Of a stretch of 24,462 bases of DNA, positions 7,028 to 15,160 are shown piece by piece. The stretch lies in the IMG/VR virus record IMGVR_UViG_3300005573_000268, positions 1-24,462 of that record; one strand, given 5' to 3'. The notes beneath the pieces are model-generated. The model ran no database searches, had not been told where the DNA came from, and saw only the letters and a list, made by a program, of their open reading frames with translations. A program made the position numbers and the translations under genes. Source of the stretch: a virus (taxonomy: Duplodnaviria; Caudoviricetes). Each line of letters starts with the position of its first letter. Positions within the stretch are counted from its first letter, which is position 1.

Positions 7028-8365
7028 GTGGGTTTCTACGATGAAGTCCCCCAGTCCCTCCAGCAGATCATGCAGAACGGCCTCCTGGACCAGGTGTTCG
7101 AGCAGGCGCTGCACCCCGCGTACCTGTGGGACACGCTCGCCGAGGTGATCCCGTGGGGTGGCGGTCGAGGTGACACCTCGATCATGACCCGCGCGGGCCT
7201 CCTCCCTCTCGCGCCTAACCCGATCACGACCAACGACGCGACGGCGCAGACCTACGGCTTCGAGCAGTACCAGATGACGATGAACCAGTACGGCTCGTCC
7301 ATCGACACGAACATGGCCGAGTCTGCCTTGACGCTCGCGTCGAAGTTCCTCCAGGACAACCGGAACCTGGCGATCCAGGCATCCGGCTCGCTCAACGTCG
7401 TCGCGCAGAACGCGCTGTATGGCGCCTACGGCGAAGGAACGACCTGGGCCGCAGACGCATCCACGACGTCCACGGCGCTTGTCGTTGAGGACGCCTCCGG
7501 CTTCCAGATGGCGACCGGGACCACCTCCACCACGAACAGCAACCCCACGGAGGGGCTGACGGGCGCCTCGGTGCCGATCCTCGTGCCGGTGTCCAGCTCG
7601 AACCCGATCAACGTCACCATCGGCGGGACGGCAAACACGGTCACGGGCGTCGACATCGCGACGAACACGCTCACGCTCGGCACGGCCATCTCGGCCACCG
7701 TCGGCGAGGCCGTCGTCAACGTCAGCAACGGCCCGGTCCAGTACCGGCCGAACGCCCGTGCGTCGGCTGCGCAGCTGGTCTCCGGCGACGTGGCGACCCT
7801 CACGCTGTTCACCCAGGCCGCGACCCGGCTGCGTTCGATGGGCGTGCCGATGCGTGGAGGCGCCTACACCGCCCATATCCCGCCTGCCACGCTCCAGGAG
7901 CTCCAGCAGGACCTCGAGTTCCGGCAGATGTGGCAGAGCCGAGGCGACAGCCCGGTCTACGCCAACTTCAAGCTGGGCATGGGCGGCCAGGGCCAGGAGT
8001 TCCTCGGGCGCACGCTCGGGATCGACTGGATCCTCGACAACAACGTCCCGACGGGCACCAACCCGAGTGGGGTCACCTACTACCGGCCGATCCTGTGCGG
8101 GGATGGCTGCCTCATCAAGGGTCCCTTCGAGCGCATGGGCGACCTCGTGTCCGCCGAGAACGCTCGCGGCACCGTCCAGATCGACCTCATCAACGGCGTG
8201 GCCCGCATCCTGCGTGCACCGCTCGACCGGCTCGGGCAGGTTCTCTCGAGCACGTGGTCGTGGATCGGCGGGTACTCCGTGTCGACTGACCTCCTCGCGC
8301 AGATCGCTGGCGGGGGCAGCGACCCGGCCGCCTTCAAGCGGGCCGTGGTCGTCGAGCACGCCTGA
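7028..8365 (+). CDS. major capsid protein (N4-gp56-like group) with a Thr-rich inserted beta domain
   Basis: RBS GAAGGAG, 445 aa, downstream of the scaffold. The segment EQYQMTMNQYG...ASKFLQD...QASGSLN and the C-terminal RAPLDRLGQVLSSTWSWIGG resemble this capsid family. Confidence 0.85.
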   Translation: MGFYDEVPQSLQQIMQNGLLDQVFEQALHPAYLWDTLAEVIPWGGGRGDTSIMTRAGLLPLAPNPITTNDATAQTYGFEQYQMTMNQYGSSIDTNMAESALTLASKFLQDNRNLAIQASGSLNVVAQNALYGAYGEGTTWAADASTTSTALVVEDASGFQMATGTTSTTNSNPTEGLTGASVPILVPVSSSNPINVTIGGTANTVTGVDIATNTLTLGTAISATVGEAVVNVSNGPVQYRPNARASAAQLVSGDVATLTLFTQAATRLRSMGVPMRGGAYTAHIPPATLQELQQDLEFRQMWQSRGDSPVYANFKLGMGGQGQEFLGRTLGIDWILDNNVPTGTNPSGVTYYRPILCGDGCLIKGPFERMGDLVSAENARGTVQIDLINGVARILRAPLDRLGQVLSSTWSWIGGYSVSTDLLAQIAGGGSDPAAFKRAVVVEHA

Positions 8366-8733
8366 TGGCGACCCCGGCGCAGAACGCGGCTGACACGGCC
8401 AAGACAGCGGCGCAGGCCCGTACCGCGGCAGAGCAGGCAGCAGCTGCTCTCGCCGCGGCGCCGGGGGACGCCGAGCTCACCCGAGTCGCGAAGGACGCAG
8501 CCGACTTCGCCGCCGAGGCCCAGCGGGTCGCCGACGACGCAGCGGTACTCGCCCAGCCCAGCCCGGCATCATCCGGCACGGCTGCTGCGGGGACCTTCGT
8601 GGCTTCCCAGGACTTCAAGTCCTGGTACCAGCACTACTACCTCACCTTCGCCAAGGGCGATGTGATCGACCCGGTGATCGCGACATACTTGCGCGACCGC
8701 GGTGCACCGATCACCATCCGCACCGGCAAGTAA
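8365..8733 (+). CDS. hypothetical virion protein (Ala-rich N-terminus)
   Basis: TGATG-coupled to the capsid gene, with typical codon usage. Confidence 0.7.
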   Translation: MATPAQNAADTAKTAAQARTAAEQAAAALAAAPGDAELTRVAKDAADFAAEAQRVADDAAVLAQPSPASSGTAAAGTFVASQDFKSWYQHYYLTFAKGDVIDPVIATYLRDRGAPITIRTGK

Positions 8734-8745
8734 GAAGGCCGAGCC

Positions 8746-9318
8746 GTGAGCTTCATCGACGCGAACCTCCAGCCGCAGGTCCCGAATGTGCTCCCGAGCA
8801 CCGTCGCGCCTGCGCCCTACGTCGATGGGCTCACGGCCTCGTCCATCCTGCTCTCGCGCTGGGGCTTCCAGGCCACGGTGCCCGACGGCATCGCTCTCGC
8901 GGCCACGATGCGCTGCGACGAGGAAGGCCCCTTCATGGGCGTCAAGTTCAATCCCACCCAGGAGCGGGAGTGGCCGCGTACGTTCAAGTACGGGTGGCCG
9001 AACGTGGTCATGGACCCCTCCCCGGTGCTCATCGTCTCGACCTTCCCCGGCGCTTGGTACTTGAACTACGAGGGCGTCGTGCCCCAGCAGGTCGTGGACT
9101 TCGTGGTGCTCGAGTGCTACCGGATGCTCTCGAACCCGATGATGATGGCCGTCGTCTCCGAGAGCGTGAGCGGTGCTTCGGTGCACTACGCGCACTGGAC
9201 CGGCGACAAGGGCACGTTCCCCTCCGAGCTGGACCGCATCCAGTCCGGGCTGCTCGGTCCCTTCCAGATGCGTGAGGCGCACCTGCTGCCGTTCCCGGTG
9301 TTCAACGAGGAGCTGTGA
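8746..9318 (+). CDS. head-tail adaptor (DnaT-like phage family)
   Basis: FMGVKFNPTQEREWPR and VVSESVSGASVHY motifs, and gene position. Confidence 0.7.
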   Translation: MSFIDANLQPQVPNVLPSTVAPAPYVDGLTASSILLSRWGFQATVPDGIALAATMRCDEEGPFMGVKFNPTQEREWPRTFKYGWPNVVMDPSPVLIVSTFPGAWYLNYEGVVPQQVVDFVVLECYRMLSNPMMMAVVSESVSGASVHYAHWTGDKGTFPSELDRIQSGLLGPFQMREAHLLPFPVFNEEL

Positions 9319-9605
9319 ACCTCGCACGGCTCTGCAACCAGACCGTGCAGTGGGAGAGCCGCACGGCGCTGTCGGACCGCGACGACGGCACCTTCGCCCC
9401 GCCGGTGACCCTCCAGGCCCGCTCCGAGGCCCGTCTGCGCGACGTCATCGCAAAGAACGGCGAGGTGACCACCAGCACGAACCTCGTCACCCTCCTGCAG
9501 CCTGTGGCGATCGGGGACCTCATTGACGGCCGCGAGGTCATCACCTTGCAGGAGATGGTCGACATCGGCGGCAACTCGATCGGCTGGAAGGCCGGCACGA
9601 GGTGA
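9315..9605 (+). CDS. head-tail stopper/closure protein
   Basis: 96 aa beta-rich protein with a GTGA overlap, located after the adaptor. Confidence 0.65.
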   Translation: MNLARLCNQTVQWESRTALSDRDDGTFAPPVTLQARSEARLRDVIAKNGEVTTSTNLVTLLQPVAIGDLIDGREVITLQEMVDIGGNSIGWKAGTR

Positions 9606-10237
9606 TCGAGGACCACGGGAACTTCGACCAGCGGATGCAGGCGCTCCGGGACCTCGTAGGGACCGGCGTGCTCGAAGCCCGCATCATGGTCGATCAGGTC
9701 TACGCCAGGTACCAGGACGGCTGGGGCGATGTGAACGACCTCGACGAGTGGGTGGGGATCATCACGCCCACGCAGACCTCGCACGGTCCCGCAGGCAAGC
9801 CGGGCCCGGACTTCGACCACCCGCGAGGAGGCCACGCCGGCTACCTCACCGAGACGATGACCCAGCGCGGCCCGGAGTACGTCCAGGAGTGGGCCGACCA
9901 CCTCCTCGACGAGCACGACACGGTTCGCGACGTGTTCATCCGCCAATCCAACGCCATCGCCGACACGGTGTTCATCGAGGCGCCGATCGAGTACTGGGTG
10001 CTGCGCAACAGCGCGTCCACCAAGGTCACGGACAACCACGACATCGTGTTCGAGCGGCCGGCTCTCGTGCCCCGCCTCGATCAGACCGAGCTCAACGCCA
10101 TCCGTGCTGCTGCCGGCGGGGACGTGCTCGTCTCCGGCAACAAGACCACCGGCAACGAGCTGCAGCACACATCGTCGCACACCTCGGGGAACTTCTCCTC
10201 GTCCTACGTGAGGAGGGGCCGTGCCGCTTCTGCTTAG
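9602..10237 (+). CDS. neck/tail-completion protein (HK97 gp10-like motifs)
   Basis: VDQVYARYQ...HPRGGHAGYL and APIEYWVLRNS motifs, and gene position. Confidence 0.6.
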   Translation: MIEDHGNFDQRMQALRDLVGTGVLEARIMVDQVYARYQDGWGDVNDLDEWVGIITPTQTSHGPAGKPGPDFDHPRGGHAGYLTETMTQRGPEYVQEWADHLLDEHDTVRDVFIRQSNAIADTVFIEAPIEYWVLRNSASTKVTDNHDIVFERPALVPRLDQTELNAIRAAAGGDVLVSGNKTTGNELQHTSSHTSGNFSSSYVRRGRAASA

Positions 10238-10601
10238 CGATCTGGAGACGTTCGTCGCCGGGCTCGGCCTCGGCGCCCCGGTGAACCTCAACCGGCTGCC
10301 GGACACCCCGGACTCGATCATCGTCGCTTCGACGGCACCCGGCGGCGCTGTGCTCTATGACGGCGCCTTCGAGGTGGTCCACGTGCAGTTCCGCATCCGT
10401 GGTGGGCCGAACGACGACGCAGCAGCCGAGACGCTGGCCCTGGCGCTCCACCAGGCCCTCGTAGCCCACGAGAGCAGCTTCCAGATGGGCAGCACCTACG
10501 TGCTCTCGATCCAGCCGCTCAGCTCGCCCACCTACGCCGGACGCGACGTCGACCTGCGCACCGTCTACGTGAGCACCTACCAGTTCACGGTGCCCGCTTG
10601 A
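10221..10601 (+). CDS. tail terminator protein
   Basis: LNRLPDTPD and VQFRIRG motifs. 126 aa, preceding the tail tube module. Confidence 0.75.
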   Translation: MPLLLSDLETFVAGLGLGAPVNLNRLPDTPDSIIVASTAPGGAVLYDGAFEVVHVQFRIRGGPNDDAAAETLALALHQALVAHESSFQMGSTYVLSIQPLSSPTYAGRDVDLRTVYVSTYQFTVPA

Positions 10602-10623
10602 GCTGAGGGGGCATCGTTACCGT
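10590..10623 (+). promoter_or_regulatory. putative late promoter 3: GTGCCCGCTT-N18-TACCGT (tail module)
   Basis: Same motif and spacing. ATG lies 9 nt downstream, at 10633. Confidence 0.7.
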
Positions 10624-10632
10624 CCCGCGGCG

Positions 10633-10911
10633 ATGACGACCGATGAGGTACCTGTCGCAGCGGCCAGCGGAGTCGTGCCCCCTGTGCCAGCTCCAGCCCT
10701 CTCGTCCGAGCCTGCCGTACCCCCGGCGGTCCCCTTTCCCGCCGCAGGCGTCGTCACCCTCGCAGTTCTTGGCTGGCGCATCGGCGGCTTCGACTCTGGC
10801 GTGCCGGGCGTGCCCGAGATACTCCCGAGCGGCACCCCCGTCCGGGCCGGTCAGGTCGATGCGGTTCTTGCAGCCGCGGCCGCATCCCATGTGCTCGTCG
10901 AGCGGAGGTAG
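10633..10911 (+). CDS. hypothetical protein
   Basis: Fills the gap between the terminator and tail tube genes. Its 3' end carries the GGAGG RBS of the next gene. Confidence 0.6.
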   Translation: MTTDEVPVAAASGVVPPVPAPALSSEPAVPPAVPFPAAGVVTLAVLGWRIGGFDSGVPGVPEILPSGTPVRAGQVDAVLAAAAASHVLVERR

Positions 10912-10913
10912 CA

Positions 10914-11498
10914 ATGGCTAGCCCAGCCCCTAACGGGACCGCGACCAACGTCGTCGTCGGTTTCGCCAACCTGTACATCGCCCCGGCGAACACCACAGCG
11001 CCGACGCTTGCGACCACCGGCGTCGGGACCACCGTCGCCACCCCGTGGGTCCCTGCCGGCTTCACCGAGACCGGCGTGACGATCAACATGGACCGCAAGA
11101 CCTCCTCGATCATGGTCGAGGAGCTGTCGAGCCCGGTCGGCGTCTACGCGGACACCTCGGACCTGACCATCGACATCAGCTTCGCCGAGGACACGGTCGC
11201 GAACATCGCGAACGCCTACGGCGGGGGCACGATCTCGGTCGTCACGCCGACGACCGGGGTGGCGGGGTCCACCACGCTCACGCTCGCGGACGCGCTGGAA
11301 ACGCTGGCGCTGCTCGTCGTGGCACGCAACACCTTCGACCTCGACCGCCTCATCTACATCCCCGAGATGGTAAGCGCCGGCAAGGTCAAGACCCAGTACC
11401 AGCGCGCCAAGGCCGCACGTAGCTACCCGGCCACGTTCACGGCGATCTGCCCACTGTCGGCCATCACCGTCACCGACGCCACGGCTGCTGCCTCGTGA
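10914..11498 (+). CDS. major tail (tube) protein
   Basis: NVVVGFANLYIAP...WVPAGFTETGV motif, RBS GGAGG, and gene position. Confidence 0.85.
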   Translation: MASPAPNGTATNVVVGFANLYIAPANTTAPTLATTGVGTTVATPWVPAGFTETGVTINMDRKTSSIMVEELSSPVGVYADTSDLTIDISFAEDTVANIANAYGGGTISVVTPTTGVAGSTTLTLADALETLALLVVARNTFDLDRLIYIPEMVSAGKVKTQYQRAKAARSYPATFTAICPLSAITVTDATAAAS

Positions 11499-11839
11499 GC
11501 GGCTTCGGTGCCGACTCGCTCGAGCGGCAGGACTACGACTTCCGCACCTTCCCTCGCGACGACGGAGAGCCCGGCAAGTGCACCGGCGTCGGGTACATCC
11601 CCGAGCCGACCGAGGCGCGCCTGCGGGCGTTCATGGCTCTCCAGCAGGAGATGCGGGACAAGCTCGAGCGTCCAGACACGGAGAGCGTCAACGACTTCGC
11701 CTTCCTCGAAGACATCCGCTTGGCCCTCATCCCGTACTGCGCCGGCTACCCCGCTGAGGCCGAGATACGCCAGCTCCCCCCGCGGGTGCTCATCGGCTTC
11801 ATGCGCTACGCCGTGGAGTGCCTGGCCCCAAAAGGCTAG
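11495..11839 (+). CDS. tail assembly chaperone (gpG-like)
   Basis: Lies between the tail tube and tape measure genes, and ends just after the slippery heptamer CCCAAAA. Confidence 0.8.
   Translation: MSGFGADSLERQDYDFRTFPRDDGEPGKCTGVGYIPEPTEARLRAFMALQQEMRDKLERPDTESVNDFAFLEDIRLALIPYCAGYPAEAEIRQLPPRVLIGFMRYAVECLAPKG
11827..11833 (+). other. programmed -1 ribosomal frameshift site C CCA AAA
   Basis: An X XXY YYZ heptamer in the correct phase, ending one codon before TAG. The -1 frame stays open to 12084. Confidence 0.8.
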
Positions 11840-12084
11840 ACGAGCGCTATGAGGCGCTCGCCCCGGACTGGGAGTGGGTCGAGCTTCACCTGGCCGCTCG
11901 GTACCTCAACAAGAGCGTCGATGAGTGGCGCGCGCTCCCGTGGTGGCAGCGTCGGCTCTACCTGGACGGCTTCCGCGCCGAAGGGCTCATCGAGGACGGC
12001 CCCCCGCAGGCGTCCATGCAGGAACTAGGGCTGACCGTGAAGACCGTTGAGGTGCAGCCACCCGTGGGGGGTGTGTCGCCATAG
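11833..12084 (+). CDS. tail assembly chaperone frameshift extension (gpGT-like C-terminal part)
   Basis: The -1 frame reads RLDERYEALAPDWEWVELHLAARYLNKSVDEWRALPWWQRRLYL and has no start with an RBS of its own. Confidence 0.75.
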   Translation, partial: RLDERYEALAPDWEWVELHLAARYLNKSVDEWRALPWWQRRLYLDGFRAEGLIEDGPPQASMQELGLTVKTVEVQPPVGGVSP

Positions 12085-14780
12085 GGTACGACGGTGGAAG
12101 CATTGTTTCGTATCTGCGCCTAGACAAGGGCGAGTTCGACGAGACCGTCGCTGAGGCCGAGGCGACGAAGAAGGACCTGGAGAAGGACGTCATCGTCCCG
12201 GTCCAGGCCGAGTGGGACAAGGAAGCCGCCGCGGTCGTCGAGGAGGAGAAGTCGGCCCTCGGCTCCAAGGAGACAGTCACCTACAGCCCCGAGATGGACA
12301 AGGTGGCCGAGGCGGCCGTCGAGGCCGAGAAGACCGCCCTCGGTAAAGGCGTGGACGTACCGGTGTCGCCCACGCTGGCCAAGACGGCAGGAGCCGGGGT
12401 CGCCAGCGCCATGCTCGGCGACCCGACGCTCGGGGCCAAGACGTTCGGCACTGATCTCGGGCGCGCCCTCGACGCTGGGTTGCTCGAAGCGATCGGCCCT
12501 GGTACCACCGAGGGGCGCAACCTGCGCAACACGATGGCGAGCATCTTCCGCTCAGGCCAGTTGCCGGAGAAGTCCCTGGTGGGGGACATGCTCAGCCAGT
12601 TCGGGTTCAACCCCACCGACATCAGCCACGCGCTCGATGCGGTCTTCTCCACCTCGATCTCCGAGCTAGCCAGCAGCAAGAACTCGCGCGCCGGCGAGAT
12701 AGTCGACGCCCTGCTGCCGGCCGCGTCGGACTTCCAGAAGGCACTCGACAGCGGCTTCTACTCGATGCTCGGCGACGGCTCGGGCAATACGAACTGGGAA
12801 CAGAAGCTCCTCGGCATCACGGCTCTGGACCCATTCGGCAACCAGGCGCAGATCGGGAAGGGGAAGGGCGGGGGAGGGCTCGTCTCCGCTGCCTTCGAGC
12901 AGACCATCCTCGACGACATCATCAACTCGATGATGAACACGCCGGGCAACAAGACCGGTACGGACTGGAAGATTCCCACCAAGGAGTGGGACATCTTCAC
13001 CGGCGACCTGTTCTCGAAGATCGCCACCGATGCCTTCGGCAACCAGCTCCAGCTCACGAGCGGCGACCAGTCCACCGGCAAGAAGTCGTTCGGGAAGATA
13101 CTCGGGGACGTGTGGGGCGCCATCTCCACGAACATCAGCTCCGTGCTCCACGGCGGCTCCGGGGGCAAAGGCGGGGAAGGGGATTCCGGCGGCGGCATCA
13201 ACTGGAGCGCCTACCTCCCGAAGAACCTCACCAATGGGATGGGCGCCATGCCGGCGGGGCTCAGTCTCGCCGCGCTCCTCGGCGTGGGTCCTGGTGGCGC
13301 CGCTCTCGGGGCGGTGGCGGGTTCTCTGGCCGGCACGATCGTCGGTGGGGTGGGCACCGTGATCTACGGGGCTCTCCTCACCGGGACCATCTCGGACCTC
13401 TCCACGGCCTACAAGGCGCACCAGCAGCTCCTCTCCGGGCAGATCACCGCCGCGCAATACAAGACCGCTGTCGCGGGGCTGGACCCCGGCGCCGTGGCTG
13501 CCATCAACAGTGGCCTCGGGTCCAACTTCTCGAAGATCAACACGAGCCTGATCCACCCGCTCCAGACCATGATCGTCGGCCAGATCACCGGGCTCATCGG
13601 CGCAGCGGTGAAGGCGGCTCCGGCGATGGCTGGGTTTGCCAAGGGCGCCGTGCAGGGGATGGGCGGGTTCATCGGGGATCTCACGTCGGGGCTCCAGTCG
13701 CCCGGCTTCGCGAAGTTCCTCAAGGCGCTGACGCCGACCGAGATCACGGTGATGAAGGAGTTCGGCAAGACCATTACCGAGATCGGCACCGGGCTCGGGA
13801 ACCTGCTCCTTGCCGCCCAGCCGCTCATCAAGCTCGTCGGCCCCGGCTGGGTGAGCCTTGGGAAGGACTTCGAGAACTTCACCAAGAAGGCCAAGGTCGG
13901 CCCGGACTTCCTGCCCGCCATCCTGGCGGTGGGGAAGGACTTCTCAAGCGCCTTCGGCGCTGTGGAGGCAGCGATCAAGAAGGTGGCGCGCGGGGCTGCG
14001 CCCCTCGGGATGGCGGCGTTCAACCAGCTCCCGACTATCGCCCGCTTCATCAAGGAACTCGTCAAGGCGATCCCGGACAACTTTGCCACGCTGCTCTCGA
14101 CCGTCGCCGTGGCCATGCTCGCCTTCGGCAAGTTCGGCACCGGGAGTGCGGTGGTGGTCGGGCTGTGGGCGCTGGCCGAAGGGTTCAAGCTCCTGCACGC
14201 CACCGTCACACAGGGCGAAGCCAAGCTGCTCGGGGCCATCGCCATCGGCCTCGCGGCCGTCAAGGTTGCACTTCTCGGCCTCGATGTGGCGACCCAGCTC
14301 GACCCCTTCGTGCTCGCGCTCGAAGCTCTCGTGGTCGTCGGCGCCTACATCGCACTGAACTGGAAGACCATATGGGGGGAGATGAAGGTCACGCTCGACA
14401 AGGCGTGGTACGAGATGCGCGTCGGGGTAGATGAGGGCGTCAACGGAATCCTCAAGGGGGTCAACACGGTCATCAGCGCCATCGACAGCGTGGGGGGCTT
14501 CCTGGGTGTCGGCCACATCTCCCACATCGGGTATCTCTCCATCCCCACAGAGCCCAGTTGGGGGAACGCCCCCTCTGGCTCGCCGACTATCCAGGGACTC
14601 AACGGGATCACGGGCACGAGCCTTCCCAAGCTCGGGTCGACCAGCGGGTCCAACTCGATCCAGATCAACATCGACGCGCGTGGCTCTGCCGACCCGACGG
14701 CCACTAAGCACGCCGTGACCTCGGGCATCAACTCGATGCTGCCCTCCCTCCAAGCCGCTCTCGCCCGAGGTGCCGCATGA
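12081..14780 (+). CDS. tape measure protein (about 899 aa if started at ATA 12081; first ATG is at 12294)
   Basis: Long Ala/Gly-rich helical protein with hydrophobic segments, following the chaperones. The frame is open for 71 codons upstream of the ATG and encodes a TMP-like N-terminus, (M)GYDGGSIVSYLRLDKGEF. Confidence 0.88.
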   Translation: MGYDGGSIVSYLRLDKGEFDETVAEAEATKKDLEKDVIVPVQAEWDKEAAAVVEEEKSALGSKETVTYSPEMDKVAEAAVEAEKTALGKGVDVPVSPTLAKTAGAGVASAMLGDPTLGAKTFGTDLGRALDAGLLEAIGPGTTEGRNLRNTMASIFRSGQLPEKSLVGDMLSQFGFNPTDISHALDAVFSTSISELASSKNSRAGEIVDALLPAASDFQKALDSGFYSMLGDGSGNTNWEQKLLGITALDPFGNQAQIGKGKGGGGLVSAAFEQTILDDIINSMMNTPGNKTGTDWKIPTKEWDIFTGDLFSKIATDAFGNQLQLTSGDQSTGKKSFGKILGDVWGAISTNISSVLHGGSGGKGGEGDSGGGINWSAYLPKNLTNGMGAMPAGLSLAALLGVGPGGAALGAVAGSLAGTIVGGVGTVIYGALLTGTISDLSTAYKAHQQLLSGQITAAQYKTAVAGLDPGAVAAINSGLGSNFSKINTSLIHPLQTMIVGQITGLIGAAVKAAPAMAGFAKGAVQGMGGFIGDLTSGLQSPGFAKFLKALTPTEITVMKEFGKTITEIGTGLGNLLLAAQPLIKLVGPGWVSLGKDFENFTKKAKVGPDFLPAILAVGKDFSSAFGAVEAAIKKVARGAAPLGMAAFNQLPTIARFIKELVKAIPDNFATLLSTVAVAMLAFGKFGTGSAVVVGLWALAEGFKLLHATVTQGEAKLLGAIAIGLAAVKVALLGLDVATQLDPFVLALEALVVVGAYIALNWKTIWGEMKVTLDKAWYEMRVGVDEGVNGILKGVNTVISAIDSVGGFLGVGHISHIGYLSIPTEPSWGNAPSGSPTIQGLNGITGTSLPKLGSTSGSNSIQINIDARGSADPTATKHAVTSGINSMLPSLQAALARGAA

Positions 14781-15160
14781 GCCAGCCCACCTACCCCACC
14801 AAGTGCCTCGCGTGCGGCCATGCCCTCGATCCGGTCGCCCTCGACCCCGACACGGCCCCGTGGCTGTGCCCGGTCGTTCACCCCGGTCTGCGCGGGTACT
14901 GGGCGTGTGAGCTTTCCTCGCAGGCGCCTGCGTACCGCTCCCAGCACGCGGACTTCGGCTTCGGTGCACCGGCGATCGCACTCCGAGCACTCGTCGACCA
15001 GGAGCACGCTGCGGCGGTGACGCGTGGCACGTCGCTGCGTGAGGACCAGCTTGGCCTCGTGCCTGCTGCGGTGCTCACGCGGCTCTCGGCACTCCCCCCC
15101 GGTGATGCTGCGTTCACCGCTGCTCTGACGGCTGCACTCGCCCCGAGGGTGGCGCCATGA
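14777..15160 (+). CDS. hypothetical protein with Cys/His cluster (possible Zn-binding)
   Basis: ATGA overlaps at both ends. Contains CLACGH...WLCP..H...WAC. Confidence 0.7.
   Translation: MSQPTYPTKCLACGHALDPVALDPDTAPWLCPVVHPGLRGYWACELSSQAPAYRSQHADFGFGAPAIALRALVDQEHAAAVTRGTSLREDQLGLVPAAVLTRLSALPPGDAAFTAALTAALAPRVAP

Noticed and set aside
6812-8359. Long minus-strand ORFs (also 2916-3968, 4986-6140, 15712-16818, 17159-18520, 20087-21802)
   Set aside because: These are shadow ORFs opposite well-supported high-GC genes and contain no recognisable motifs.
12834-13046. 12-bp repeat TTCGGCAACCAG in the tape measure gene
   Set aside because: It is explained by an internal protein repeat (D.FGNQ.Q), which is common in tape measure proteins.
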